Below are positions 23,050-38,000 of a DNA stretch of 64,000 nt, one piece after another. Where the stretch lies: NCBI GenBank assembly GCA_964016885.1, contig OZ024747.1, positions 29,512,001 to 29,576,000 on the forward strand. Reading direction: 5' to 3'. The notes beneath the pieces are model-generated. The model had not been told where the DNA came from. It made no database searches and saw only the letters and a list, made by a program, of their open reading frames with translations. The stretch comes from Eledone cirrhosa. Lineage: Eukaryota. The position numbers were made by a program, and so were the translations under genes. Numbering within the stretch: the first letter of the stretch is position 1; the number at the start of each line of letters is the position of its first letter.

Positions 23050-26000
23050 AAATCAGGGGGAGATAATTTGTAAAAAAAATCAAGGGGAGATAATTTCCAG
23101 CCGTCCAAGGGGAGATAATTTTCAGCCGTCCAAGGAGAGGTAAATTCTAGCCGTCCAAGGGGAGATAATTTCCAGCCGTCCAAGGGGAGATAATTTTTAA
23201 AAAAAAATCAGGCGGAGATAATTTGTAAACAAAAATCAGGGGGAGATAATTTTTAGAAAAAAATCAGGGGGAGATAATTTGTAAAAAAAAATCAGGGGGA
23301 GATAATTTGTAAAAAAATCAAGGGGAGATAATTTCCAGCCGTCCAAGGGGAGGTAATATCTAGCCATCCAAGGGGAGATAATTTCCAGCCGTCCAAGGGG
23401 AGATAATTTCCAGCCGTCCAAGGGGAGATAATATCCAGCCGTCCAAGGAGACATATTTTCCAGCCGTCCAAGGAGAGGTAATTTCTAGCCGTCCAAGGGG
23501 AGATAAGTTCCAGCCTCCAAGGGGAGATAATTTCCAGCCAGCCAAGGGGAGATAATTTCTAAAAAAATCAGGGGGGAGATAATTTGTAAAAAAAATCAGG
23601 GGGAGATAATTTGAAAAAACATCAGGGGGAGATAATTTGTAAAAAATATCAAGGGGAGATAATTTCCAGCCCTCCAAGGGGCTATAATTTCCAGCCGTGC
23701 AAGGGGAGATAATTTCCAGCCGTCCAAGGGGAGATAATTTCCATCCTTCCAAGGGGAGATAATTTCCAGCCGTCCAAGGGGAGATAATTTCCCGCCAGCC
23801 AAGGGAAGATAATTTTTTAAAAAATCAGGCGGAGATTGTAAAAAAAATCAGGGGGAGATAATTTGTAAAAAAATCAGGGGGAGATAATTTGTAAAAAAAA
23901 AATCAGGGGGAGATAATTTGTAAAAAAAAATCAGGGGGAGATAATTTGTAAAAAAAATCAGGGGGAGATAATTTGTAAAAAAAATCAGGGGTAGATAATT
24001 TGTAAAAAAAATCAGGGGGAGATAATTTGTAAAAAAAATCAGGGGGAGATAATTTGTAAAATAAATCAGGGGTAGATAATTTTCAGCCGTCCAAGGGGAG
24101 ATAATTTCCATCCTTCCAAGGGGAGATAATTTCCAGCCGTCCAAGGGGAGATAATTTCCCGCCAGCCAAGGAGAGATAACATTTAAAAAAATCAGGCGGA
24201 GATAATTTGTAAAAAAATCAGGGGGAGATAATTTGTAAAAAAAATCAGGGGTAGATAATTTTCAGCCGTCCAAGGGGAGATAATTTCCATCCTTCCAAGG
24301 GGAGATAATTTCCAGCCGTCCAAGGGGAGATAATTTCCCGCCAGCCAAGGAGAGATAACATTTAAAAAAATCAGGGGGAGATAATTTGTAAAAAAAAATC
24401 AGGGGGAGATAATTCGTAAAAAAAAATCAGGGGGAGATAATTTGTAAAAAAAAATCAGGGGTAGATAATTTGTAAAAAAAAATCAGGGGGAGATAATTTG
24501 TAAAAAAAAAATCAGGGGGAGATAATTTGTAAAAAAATCAAGGGGAGATAATTTCCAGCCGTCCAAGGGGAGATAATTTTCAGCCGTCCAAGGAGAGGTA
24601 ATTTCTAGCCGTCCAAGGGGAGATAATTTCCAGCCGTCCAAGGGGAGATAATTTTTTAAAAAAAATCAGGCGGAGATAATTTGTAAACAGAAATCAGGGG
24701 GAGATAATTTGTAAAAAAAAATCAGGGGGAGATAATTTGTAAAAAAAAATCAGGGGGAGATAATTTGTAAAAAAAATCAAGGGGAGATAATTTCTAAAAA
24801 AAAATCAGGGGTAGATAATTTGTAAAAAAAAATCAGGGGGAGATAATTTGTAAAAAAAAAATCAGGGGGAGATAATTTGTAAAAAAATCAAGGGGAGATA
24901 ATTTCCAGCCGTCCAAGGGGAGATAATTTTCAGCCGTCCAAGGACAGGTAATTTCTAGCCGTCCAAGGGGAGATAATTTCCAGCCAGCCAAGGGGAGATA
25001 ATTTGTAAAAAAATCAGGGGTAGATAATTTGTAAAAAAAAATCAGGGGGAGATAATTTGTAAAAAAAATCAGGGGGAGATAATTTGTAAAAAAAATCAGG
25101 GGTAGATAATTTCCAGCCGTCCAAGGGGAGATAATTTCCATCCTTCCAAGGGGAGATAATTTCCAGCCGTCCAAGGGGAGATAATTTCAGGCCAGCCAAG
25201 GAGAGATAACATTTAAAAAAATCAGGCGGAGATAATTTGTAAAAAAAATCAGGGGGAGATAATTTGTAAAAAAATCAGGGGGAGATAATTTGTAAAAAAA
25301 ATCAGGGGTAGATAATTTCCAGCCGTCCAAGGGGAGATAATTTCCATCCTTCCAAGGGGAGATAATTTCCAGCCGTCCAAGGGGAGATAATTTCCCGCCA
25401 GCCAAGGAGAGATAATATTTAAAAAAATCAGGCGGAGATAATTTGTAAAAAAAATCAGGGGGAGATAATTTGTAAAAAAATCAGGGGGAGATAATTTGTA
25501 AAAAAAAATCAGGGGAGATAATTTGTAAAAAAAAATCAGGGGGAGATAATTTGTAAAAAAAAATCAGGGGTAGATAATTTGTAAAAAAAAATCAGGGGGA
25601 GATAATTTGTAAAAAAAAAATCAGGGGGAGATAATTTGTAAAAAAATCAAGGGGAGATAATTTCCAGCCGTCCAAGGGGAGATAATTTTCAGCCGTCCAA
25701 GTAGGTAATTTCTAGCCGTCCAAGGGGAGATAATTTCCAGCCGTCCAAGGGGATATAATTTTTTTTAAAAAATCAGGCGGAGATAATTTGTAAACAAAAA
25801 TCAGGGGGAGATAATTTGTAAAAAAAAATCAGGGGGAGATAATTTGTAAAAAAAAATCAGGGGGAGATAATTTGTAAAAAAAATCAAGGGGAGATAATTT
25901 CCAGCCGTCCAAGGGGAGGTAATATCTAGCCATCCAAGGGGAGATAATTTCCAGCCGTCCAAGGGGAGATAATTTCCAGCCGTCCAAGGGGAGATAATAT

Positions 26001-29000
26001 CCAGCCGTCCAAGGAGACATATTTTCCAGCCGTCCAAGGAGAGGTAATTTCTAGCCGTCCAAGGGGAGATAAGTTCCAGCCTCCAAGGGGAGAAAATTTC
26101 CAGCCAGTCAAGGGGAGATAATTTGTAAAAAAATCAGGGGGAGATAATTTGTAAAAAAAAAATCAGGGGGAGATAATTTGTAAAAAAATCAGGGGGAGAT
26201 AATTTGTAAAAAAAAAATCAGGGGGAGATAATTTGTAAAAAAAATCAGGGGGAGATAATTTGTAGAAAAAATCAGGGGTAGATAATTTGTAAAAAAAATC
26301 AGGAGGAGATAATTTGTAAAAAAAATCAGGGGGAGATAATTTGTAAAAAAAATCAGGGGGAGATAATTTGTAAAAAAATCAGGGGGAGATAATTTGTAAA
26401 AAAAATCAGGGGTAGATAATTTCCAGCCGTCCAAGAGGAGATAATTTCCATCCTTCCAAGGGGAGATAATTTCCAGCCGTCCAAGGGGAGATAATTTCCC
26501 GCCAGCCAAGGAGAGATAATATTTAAAAAATCAGGCGGAGATAATTTGTAAAAAAAATCAGGGGGAGATAATTTGTAAAAAAATCAGGGGGAGATAATTT
26601 GTAAAAAAAAATCAGGGGGAGATAATTTTTAAAAAAAATCAGGGGGAGATAATTTGTAAAAAAAAATCAGGGGTAGATAATTTGTAAAAAAAATCAGGGG
26701 GAGATAATTTGTAAAAAAAAAATCAGGGGGAGATAATTTGTAAAAAAATCAAGGGGAGATAATTTCCAGCCGTCCAAGGGGAGATAATTTTCAGCCGTCC
26801 AAGGAGAGGTAATTTCTAGCCGTCCAAGGGGAGATAATTTCCAGCCGTCCAAGGGGAGATAATTTTTTTAAAAAAATCAGGCGGAGATAATTTGTAAGCA
26901 AAAATCAGGGGGAGATAATTTGTAAAAAAAAATCAGGGGGAGATAATTTGTAAAAAAAAAATCAGGGGGTGATAATTTGTAAAAAAATCAAGGGGAGATA
27001 ATTTCCAGCCGTCCAAGGGGAGATAATTTCCAGCCGTCCAAGGGGAGATAATATCCGGCCGTCCAAGGAGACATATTTTCCAGCCGTCCAAGGAGAGGTA
27101 ATTTCTAGCCGTCCAAGGGGAGATAAGTTCCAGCCTCCAAGGGGAGATAATTTCCAGCCAGCCAAGGGGAGATAATTTGTAAAAAAATCAGGGGGAGATA
27201 ATTTGTAAAAAAAAAATCAGGGGGAGATAATTTGTAAAAAAAAAATCAGGGGGTGATAATTTGTAAAAAAATCAAGGGGAGATAATTTCCAGCCGTCCAA
27301 GGGGAGATAATTTTCAGCCGTCCAAGGAGAGGTAATTTCTAGCCGTCCAAGGGGAGATAATTTCCAGCCAGCCAAGGGGAGATAATTTGTAAAAAAATCA
27401 GGGGTAGATAATTTGTAAAAAAAAATCAGGGGGAGATAATTTGTAAGAAAAATCAGGGGGAGATAATTTGTAAAAAAAATCAGGGGTAGATAATTTCCAG
27501 CCGTCCAAGGGGAGATAATTTCCATCCTTCCAAGGGGAGATAATTTCCAGCCGTCCAAGGGGAGATAATTTCCCGCCAGCCAAGGAGAGATAACATTTAA
27601 AAAAATCAGGCGGAGATAATTTGTAAAAAAAATCAGGGGGAGATAATTTGTAAAAAAATCAGGGGGAGATAATTTGTAAAAAAAAAATCAGGGGGAGATA
27701 ATTTGTAAAAAAAATCAGGGGGAGATAATTTGTAAAAAAAATCAGGGGTAGATAATTTGTAAAAAAAATCAGGGGGAGATAATTTGTAAAAAAAATCAGG
27801 GGGAGATAATTTGTAAAAAAAATCAGGGGTAGATAATTTCCAGCCGTCCAAGGGGAGATAATTTCCATCCTTCCAAGGGGAGATAATTTCCAGCCGTCCA
27901 AGGGGAGATAATTTCCCGCCAGCCAAGGAGAGATAACATTTAAAAAAATCAGGCGGAGATAATTTGTAAAAAAAATCAGGGGGAGATAATTTGTAAAAAA
28001 ATCAGGGGGAGATAATTTGTAAAAAAAATCAGGGGTAGATAATTTCCAGCCGTCCAAGGGGAGATAATTTCCATCCTTCCAAGGGGAGATAATTTCCAGC
28101 CGTCCAAGGGGAGATAATTTCCCGCCAGCCAAGGAGAGATAATATTTAAAAAAATCAGGCGGAGATAATTTGTAAAAAAAATCAGGGGGAGATAATTTGT
28201 AAAAAAATCAGGGGGAGATAATTTGTAAAAAAAAATCAGGGGAGATAATTTGTAAAAAAAATCAGGGGGAGATAATTTGTAAAAAAAATCAGGGGTAGAT
28301 AATTTGTAAAAAAAAATCGGGGAGATAATTTGTAAAAAAAAAATCAGGGGGAGATAATTTGTAAAAAAATCAAGGGGAGATAATTTCCAGCCGTCCAAGG
28401 GGAGATAATTTTCAGCCGTCCAAGGAGGTAATTTCTAGCCGTCCAAGGGGAGATAATTTCCAGCCGTCCAAGGGGAGATAATTTTTTTTAAAAAATCAGG
28501 CGGAGATAATTTGTAAACAAAAATCAGGGGGAGATAATGTGTAAAAAAAAATTAGGGGGAGATAATTTGTAAAAAAAAATCATGGGGAGATAATTTGTAA
28601 AAAAATTCAGGGGTAGATAATTTCCAGCCGTCCAAGGGGAGATAATTTCCATCCTTCCAAGGGGAGATAATTTCCAGCCGTCCAAGGGGAGATAATTTCC
28701 CGCCAGCCAAGGAGAGATAATATTTAAAAAAATCAGGCGGGGATAATTTGTAAAAAAAATCAGGGGGAGATAATTTGTAAAAAAATCAGGGGGAGATAAT
28801 TTGTAAAAAAAAATCAGGGGGAGATAATTTGTAAAAAAAAATCAGGGGGAGATAATTTGTAAAAAAAAATCAGGGGGAGATAATTTGTAAAAAAAATCAA
28901 GGGGAGATAATTTCCAGCCGTCCAAGGGGAGATAATTTTCAGCCGTCCAAGGAGAGGTAAATTCTAGCCGTCCAAGGGGAGATAATTTCCAGCCGTCCAA

Positions 29001-32000
29001 GGGGAGATAATTTTTAAAAAAAAATCAGGCGGAGATAATTTGTAAACAAAAATCAGGGGGAGATAATTTTTAAAAAAAAATCAGGGGGAGATAATTTGTA
29101 AAAAAAAATCAGGGGGAGATAATTTGTAAAAAAAATCAAGGGGAGATAATTTCCAGCCGTCCAAGGGGAGGTAATATCTAGCCATCCAAGGGGAGATAAT
29201 TTCCAGCCGTCCAAGGGGAGATAATTTCCAGCCGTCCAAGGGGAGATAATATCCAGCCGTCCAAGGAGACATATTTTCCAGCCGTCCAAGGAGAGGTAAT
29301 TTCTAGCCGTCCAAGGGGAGATAAGTTCCAGCCTCCAAGGGGAGATAATTTCCAGCCAGCCAAGGGGAGATAATTTCTAAAAAAATCAGGGGGGAGATAA
29401 TTTGTAAAAAAAATCAGGGGGAGATAATTTGAAAAAAACATCAGGGGGAGATAATTTGTAAAAAATATCAAGGGGAGATAATTTCCAGCCCTCCAAGGGG
29501 CTATAATTTCCAGCCGTGCAAGGGGAGATAATTTCCAGCCGTCCAAGGGGAGATAATTTCCATCCTTCCAAGGGGAGATAATTTCCAGCCGTCCAAGGGG
29601 AGATAATTTCCCGCCAGCCAAGGGAAGATAATTTTTTAAAAAATCAGGCGGAGATTGTAAAAAAAATCAGGGGGAGATAATTTGTAAAAAAATCAGGGGG
29701 AGATAATTTGTAAAAAAAAAATCAGGGGGAGATAATTTGTAAAAAAAAATCAGGGGGAGATAATTTGTAAAAAAAATCAGGGGGAGATAATTTGTAAAAA
29801 AAATCAGGGGTAGATAATTTGTAAAAAAAATCAGGGGGAGATAATTTGTAAAAAAAATCAGGGGGAGATAATTTGTAAAAAAAATCAGGGGTAGATAATT
29901 TTCAGCCGTCCAAGGGGAGATAATTTCCATCCTTCCAAGGGGAGATAATTTCCAGCCGTCCAAGGGGAGATAATTTCCCGCCAGCCAAGGAGAGATAACA
30001 TTTAAAAAAATCAGGCGGAGATAATTTGTTAAAAAATCAGGGGGAGATAATTTGTAAAAAAAATCAGGGGTAGATAATTTTCAGCCGTCCAAGGGGAGAT
30101 AATTTCCATCCTTCCAAGGGGAGATAATTTCCAGCCGTCCAAGGGGAGATAATTTCCCGCCAGCCAAGGAGAGATAACATTTAAAAAAATCAGGGGGAGA
30201 TAATTTGTAAAAAAAAATCAGGGGGAGATAATTCGTAAAAAAAAATCAGGGGGAGATAATTTGTAAAAAAAAAATCAGGGGTAGATAATTTGTAAAAAAA
30301 AATCAGGGGGAGATAATTTGTAAAAAAAAAATCAGGGGGAGATAATTTGTAAAAAAATCAAGGGGAGATAATTTCCAGCCGTCCAAGGGGAGATAATTTT
30401 CAGCCGTCCAAGGAGAGGTAATTTCTAGCCGTCCAAGGGGAGATAATTTCCAGCCGTCCAAGGGGAGATAATTTTTAAAAAAAAATCAGGCGGAGATAAT
30501 TTGTAAACAAAAATCAGGGGGAGATAATTTGTAAAAAAAAATCAGGGGGAGATAATTTGTAAAAAAAAATCAGGGGGAGATAATTTGTAAAAAAAATCAA
30601 GGGGAGATAATTTGTAAAAAAAATCAGGGGGAGATAATTTGTAGAAAAAATCAGGGGTAGATAATTTGTAAAAAAAATCAGGAGGAGATAATTTGTAAAA
30701 AAAATCAGGGGGAGATAATTTGTAAAAAAAATCAGGGGGAGATAATTTGTAAAAAAATCAGGGGGAGATAATTTGTAAAAAAAATCAGGGGTAGATAATT
30801 TCCAGCCGTCCAAGGGGAGATAATTTCCATCCTTCCAAGGGGAGATAATTTCCAGCCGTCCAAGGGGAGATAATTTCCCGCCAGCCAAGGAGAGATAATA
30901 TTTAAAAAATCAGGCGGAGATAATTTGTAAAAAAAATCAGGGGGAGATAATTTGTAAAAAAATCAGGGGGAGATAATTTGTAAAAAAAAATCAGGGGGAG
31001 ATAATTTGTAAAAAAAATCAGGGGGAGATAATTTGTAAAAAAAAATCAGGGGTAGATAATTTGTAAAAAAAAATCAGGGGGAGATAATTTGTAAAAAAAA
31101 AATCAGGGGGAGATAATTTGTAAAAAAATCAAGGGGAGATAATTTCCAGCCGTCCAAGGGGAGATAATTTTCAGCCGTCCAAGGAGAGGTAATTTCTAGC
31201 CGTCCAAGGGGAGATAATTTCCAGCCGTCCAAGGGGAGATAATTTTTTTAAAAAAATCAGGCGGAGATAATTTGTAAGCAAAAATCAGGGGGAGATAATT
31301 TGTAAAAAAAAATCAGGGGGAGATAATTTGTAAAAAAAAAATCAGGGGGTGATAATTTGTAAAAAAATCAAGGGGAGATAATTTCCAGCCGTCCAAGGGG
31401 AGATAATTTCCAGCCGTCCAAGGGGAGATAATATCCGGCCGTCCAAGGAGACATATTTTCCAGCCGTCCAAGGAGAGGTAATTTCTAGCCGTCCAAGGGG
31501 AGATAAGTTCCAGCCTCCAAGGGGAGATAATTTCCAGCCAGCCAAGGGGAGATAATTTGTAAAAAAATCAGGGGGAGATAATTTGTAAAAAAAAAATCAG
31601 GGGGAGATAATTTGTAAAAAAAAAATCAGGGGGTGATAATTTGTAAAAAAATCAAGGGGAGATAATTTCCAGCCGTCCAAGGGGAGATAATTTTCAGCCG
31701 TCCAAGGAGAGGCAATTTCTAGCCGTCCAAGGGGAGATAATTTCCAGCCAGCCAAGGGGAGATAATTTGTAAAAAAATCAGGGGTAGATAATTTGTAAAA
31801 AAAAATCAGGGGGAGATAATTTGTAAGAAAAATCAGGGGGAGATAATTTGTAAAAAAAATCAGGGGTAGATAATTTCCAGCCGTCCAAGGGGAGATAATT
31901 TCCATCCTTCCAAGGGGAGATAATTTCCAGCCGTCCAAGGGGAGATAATTTCCCGCCAGCCAAGGAGAGATAACATTTAAAAAAATCAGGCGGAGATAAT

Positions 32001-35000
32001 TTGTAAAAAAAATCAGGGGGAGATAATTTGTAAAAAAATCAGGGGGAGATAATTTGTAAAAAAAAAATCAGGGGGAGATAATTTGTAAAAAAAATCAGGG
32101 GGAGATAATTTGTAAAAAAAATCAGGGGTAGATAATTTGTAAAAAAAATCAGGGGGAGATAATTTGTAAAAAAAATCAGGGGGAGATAATTTGTAAAAAA
32201 AATCAGGGGTAGATAATTTCCAGCCGTCCAAGGGGAGATAATTTCCATCCTTCCAAGGGGAGATAATTTCCAGCCGTCCAAGGGGAGATAATTTCCCGCC
32301 AGCCAAGGAGAGATAACATTTAAAAAAATCAGGCGGAGATAATTTGTAAAAAAAATCAGGGGGAGATAATTTGTAAAAAAATCAGGGGGAGATAATTTGT
32401 AAAAAAAATCAGGGGTAGATAATTTCCAGCCGTCCAAGGGGAGATAATTTCCATCCTTCCAAGGGGAGATAATTTCCAGCCGTCCAAGGGGAGATAATTT
32501 CCCGCCAGCCAAGGAGAGATAATATTTAAAAAAATCAGGCGGAGATAATTTGTAAAAAAAATCAGGGGGAGATAATTTGTAAAAAAATCAGGGGGAGATA
32601 ATTTGTAAAAAAAAATCAGGGGAGATAATTTGTAAAAAAAATCAGGGGGAGATAATTTGTAAAAAAAAATCAGGGGTAGATAATTTGTAAAAAAAAATCG
32701 GGGAGATAATTTGTAAAAAAAAAATCAGGGGGAGATAATTTGTAAAAAAATCAAGGGGAGATAATTTCCAGCCGTCCAAGGGGAGATAATTTTCAGCCGT
32801 CCAAGGAGGTAATTTCTAGCCGTCCAAGGGGAGATAATTTCCAGCCGTCCAAGGGGAGATAATTTTTTTTAAAAAATCAGGCGGAGATAATTTGTAAACA
32901 AAAATCAGGGGGAGATAATGTGTAAAAAAAAATTAGGGGGAGATAATTTGTAAAAAAAAATCATGGGGAGATAATTTGTAAAAAAATTCAGGGGTAGATA
33001 ATTTCCAGCCGTCCAAGGGGAGATAATTTCCATCCTTCCAAGGGGAGATAATTTCCAGCCGTCCAAGGGGAGATAATTTCCCGCCAGCCAAGGAGAGATA
33101 ATATTTAAAAAAATCAGGCGGGGATAATTTGTAAAAAAAATCAGGGGGAGATAATTTGTAAAAAAATCAGGGGGAGATAATTTGTAAAAAAAAATCAGGG
33201 GGAGATAATTTGTAAAAAAAAATCAGGGGGAGATAATTTGTAAAAAAAAATCAGGGGGAGATAATTTGTAAAAAAAATCAAGGGGAGATAATTTCCAGCC
33301 GTCCAAGGGGAGATAATTTTCAGCCATCCAAGGAGAGGTAAATTCTAGCCGTCCAAGGGGAGATAATTTCCAGCCGTCCAAGGGGAGATAATTTTTAAAA
33401 AAAAATCAGGCGGAGATAATTTGTAAACAAAAATCAGGGGGAGATAATTTTTAAAAAAAAATCAGGGGGAGATAATTTGTAAAAAAAAATCAGGGGGAGA
33501 TAATTTGTAAAAAAAATCAAGGGGAGATAATTTCCAGCCGTCCAAGGGGAGGTAATATCTAGCGATCCAAGGGGAGATAATTTCCAGCCGTCCAAGGGGA
33601 GATAATTTCCAGCCGTCCAAGGGGAGATAATATCCAGCCGTCCAAGGAGACATATTTTCCAGCCGTCCAAGGAGAGGTAATTTCTAGCCGTCCAAGGGGA
33701 GATAAGTTCCAGCCTCCAAGGGGAGATAATTTCCAGCCAGCCAAGGGGAGATAATTTCTAAAAAAATCAGGGGGGAGATAATTTGTAAAAAAAATCAGGG
33801 GGAGATAATTTGAAAAAAACATCAGGGGGAGATAATTTGTAAAAAATATCAAGGGGAGATAATTTCCAGCCCTCCAAGGGGCTATAATTTCCAGCCGTGC
33901 AAGGGGAGATAATTTCCAGCCGTCCAAGGGGAGATAATTTCCATCCTTCCAAGGGGAGATAATTTCCAGCCGTCCAAGGGGAGATAATTTCCCGCCAGCC
34001 AAGGGAAGATAATTTTTTAAAAAATCAGGCGGAGATTGTAAAAAAAATCAGGGGGAGATAATTTGTAAAAAAATCAGGGGGAGATAATTTGTAAAAAAAA
34101 AATCAGGGGGAGATAATTTGTAAAAAAAAATCAGGGGGAGATAATTTGTAAAAAAAATCAGGGGGAGATAATTTGTAAAAAAAATCAGGGGTAGATAATT
34201 TGTAAAAAAAATCAGGGGGAGATAATTTGTAAAAAAAATCAGGGGGAGATAATTTGTAAAAAAAATCAGGGGTAGATAATTTTCAGCCGTCCAAGGGGAG
34301 ATAATTTCCATCCTTCCAAGGGGAGATAATTTCCAGCCGTCCAAGGGGAGATAATTTCCCGCCAGCCAAGGAGAGATAACATTTAAAAAAATCAGGCGGA
34401 GATAATTTGTTAAAAAATCAGGGGGAGATAATTTGTAAAAAAAATCAGGGGTAGATAATTTTCAGCCGTCCAAGGGGAGATAATTTCCATCCTTCCAAGG
34501 GGAGATAATTTCCAGCCGTCCAAGGGGAGATAATTTCCCGCCAGCCAAGGAGAGATAACATTTAAAAAAATCAGGGGGAGATAATTTGTAAAAAAAAATC
34601 AGGGGGAGATAATTCGTAAAAAAAAATCAGGGGGAGATAATTTGTAAAAAAAAATCAGGGGTAGATAATTTGTAAAAAAAAATCAGGGGGAGATAATTTG
34701 TAAAAAAAAAATCAGGGGGAGATAATTTGTAAAAAAATCAAGGGGAGATAATTTCCAGCCGTCCAAGGGGAGATAATTTTCAGCCGTCCAAGGAGAGGTA
34801 ATTTCTAGCCGTCCAAGGGGAGATAATTTCCAGCCGTCCAAGGGGAGATAATTTTTTAAAAAAAATCAGGCGGAGATAATTTGTAAACAGAAATCAGGGG
34901 GAGATAATTTGTAAAAAAAAATCAGGGGGAGATAATTTGTAAAAAAAAATCAGGGGGAGATAATTTGTAAAAAAAATCAAGGGGAGATAATTTCTAAAAA

Positions 35001-38000
35001 AAAATCAGGGGTAGATAATTTGTAAAAAAAAATCAGGGGGAGATAATTTGTAAAAAAAAAATCAGGGGGAGATAATTTGTAAAAAAATCAAGGGGAGATA
35101 ATTTCCAGCCGTCCAAGGGGAGATAATTTTCAGCCGTCCAAGGACAGGTAATTTCTAGCCGTCCAAGGGGAGATAATTTCCAGCCAGCCAAGGGGAGATA
35201 ATTTGTAAAAAAATCAGGGGTAGATAATTTGTAAAAAAAAATCAGGGGGAGATAATTTGTAAAAAAAATCAGGGGGAGATAATTTGTAAAAAAAATCAGG
35301 GGTAGATAATTTCCAGCCGTCCAAGGGGAGATAATTTCCATCCTTCCAAGGGGAGATAATTTCCAGCCGTCCAAGGGGAGATAATTTCAGGCCAGCCAAG
35401 GAGAGATAACATTTAAAAAAATCAGGCGGAGATAATTTGTAAAAAAAATCAGGGGGAGATAATTTGTAAAAAAATCAGGGGGAGATAATTTGTAAAAAAA
35501 ATCAGGGGTAGATAATTTCCAGCCGTCCAAGGGGAGATAATTTCCATCCTTCCAAGGGGAGATAATTTCCAGCCGTCCAAGGGGAGATAATTTCCCGCCA
35601 GCCAAGGAGAGATAATATTTAAAAAAATCAGGCGGAGATAATTTGTAAAAAAAATCAGGGGGAGATAATTTGTAAAAAAATCAGGGGGAGATAATTTGTA
35701 AAAAAAAATCAGGGGAGATAATTTGTAAAAAAAAATCAGGGGGAGATAATTTGTAAAAAAAAATCAGGGGTAGATAATTTGTAAAAAAAAATCAGGGGGA
35801 GATAATTTGTAAAAAAAAAATCAGGGGGAGATAATTTGTAAAAAAATCAAGGGGAGATAATTTCCAGCCGTCCAAGGGGAGATAATTTTCAGCCGTCCAA
35901 GTAGGTAATTTCTAGCCGTCCAAGGGGAGATAATTTCCAGCCGTCCAAGGGGATATAATTTTTTTTAAAAAATCAGGCGGAGATAATTTGTAAACAAAAA
36001 TCAGGGGGAGATAATTTGTAAAAAAAAATCAGGGGGAGATAATTTGTAAAAAAAAATCAGGGGGAGATAATTTGTAAAAAAAATCAAGGGGAGATAATTT
36101 CCAGCCGTCCAAGGGGAGGTAATATCTAGCCATCCAAGGGGAGATAATTTCCAGCCGTCCAAGGGGAGATAATTTCCAGCCGTCCAAGGGGAGATAATAT
36201 CCAGCCGTCCAAGGAGACATATTTTCCAGCCGTCCAAGGAGAGGTAATTTCTAGCCGTCCAAGGGGAGATAAGTTCCAGCCTCCAAGGGGAGAAAATTTC
36301 CAGCCAGTCAAGGGGAGATAATTTGTAAAAAAATCAGGGGGAGATAATTTGTAAAAAAAAAATCAGGGGGAGATAATTTGTAAAAAAATCAGGGGGAGAT
36401 AATTTGTAAAAAAAAAATCAGGGGGAGATAATTTGTAAAAAAAATCAGGGGGAGATAATTTGTAGAAAAAATCAGGGGTAGATAATTTGTAAAAAAAATC
36501 AGGAGGAGATAATTTGTAAAAAAAATCAGGGGGAGATAATTTGTAAAAAAAATCAGGGGGAGATAATTTGTAAAAAAATCAGGGGGAGATAATTTGTAAA
36601 AAAAATCAGGGGTAGATAATTTCCAGCCGTCCAAGAGGAGATAATTTCCATCCTTCCAAGGGGAGATAATTTCCAGCCGTCCAAGGGGAGATAATTTCCC
36701 GCCAGCCAAGGAGAGATAATATTTAAAAAATCAGGCGGAGATAATTTGTAAAAAAAATCAGGGGGAGATAATTTGTAAAAAAATCAGGGGGAGATAATTT
36801 GTAAAAAAAAATCAGGGGGAGATAATTTGTAAAAAAAATCAGGGGGAGATAATTTGTAAAAAAAAATCAGGGGTAGATAATTTGTAAAAAAAAATCAGGG
36901 GGAGATAATTTGTAAAAAAAAAATCAGGGGGAGATAATTTGTAAAAAAATCAAGGGGAGATAATTTCCAGCCGTCCAAGGGGAGATAATTTTCAGCCGTC
37001 CAAGGAGAGGTAATTTCTAGCCGTCCAAGGGGAGATAATTTCCAGCCGTCCAAGGGGAGATAATTTTTTTTAAAAAATCAGGCGGAGATAATTTGTAAGC
37101 AAAAATCAGGGGGAGATAATTTGTAAAAAAAAATCAGGGGGAGATAATTTGTAAAAAAAAAATCAGGGGGTGATAATTTGTAAAAAAATCAAGGGGAGAT
37201 AATTTCCAGCCGTCCAAGGGGAGATAATTTCCAGCCGTCCAAGGGGAGATAATATCCGGCCGTCCAAGGAGACATATTTTCCAGCCGTCCAAGGAGAGGT
37301 AATTTCTAGCCGTCCAAGGGGAGATAAGTTCCAGCCTCCAAGGGGAGATAATTTCCAGCCAGCCAAGGGGAGATAATTTGTAAAAAAATCAGGGGGAGAT
37401 AATTTGTAAAAAAAAAATCAGGGGGAGATAATTTGTAAAAAAAAAATCAGGGGGTGATAATTTGTAAAAAAATCAAGGGGAGATAATTTCCAGCCGTCCA
37501 AGGGGAGATAATTTTCAGCCGTCCAAGGAGAGGTAATTTCTAGCCGTCCAAGGGGAGATAATTTCCAGCCAGCCAAGGGGAGATAATTTGTAAAAAAATC
37601 AGGGGTAGATAATTTGTAAAAAAAAATCAGGGGGAGATAATTTGTAAGAAAAATCAGGGGGAGATAATTTGTAAAAAAAATCAGGGGTAGATAATTTCCA
37701 GCCGTCCAAGGGGAGATAATTTCCATCCTTCCAAGGGGAGATAATTTCCAGCCGTCCAAGGGGAGATAATTTCCCGCCAGCCAAGGAGAGATAACATTTA
37801 AAAAAATCAGGCGGAGATAATTTGTAAAAAAAATCAGGGGGAGATAATTTGTAAAAAAATCAGGGGGAGATAATTTGTAAAAAAAAAATCAGGGGGAGAT
37901 AATTTGTAAAAAAAATCAGGGGGAGATAATTTGTAAAAAAAATCAGGGGTAGATAATTTGTAAAAAAAATCAGGGGGAGATAATTTGTAAAAAAAATCAG

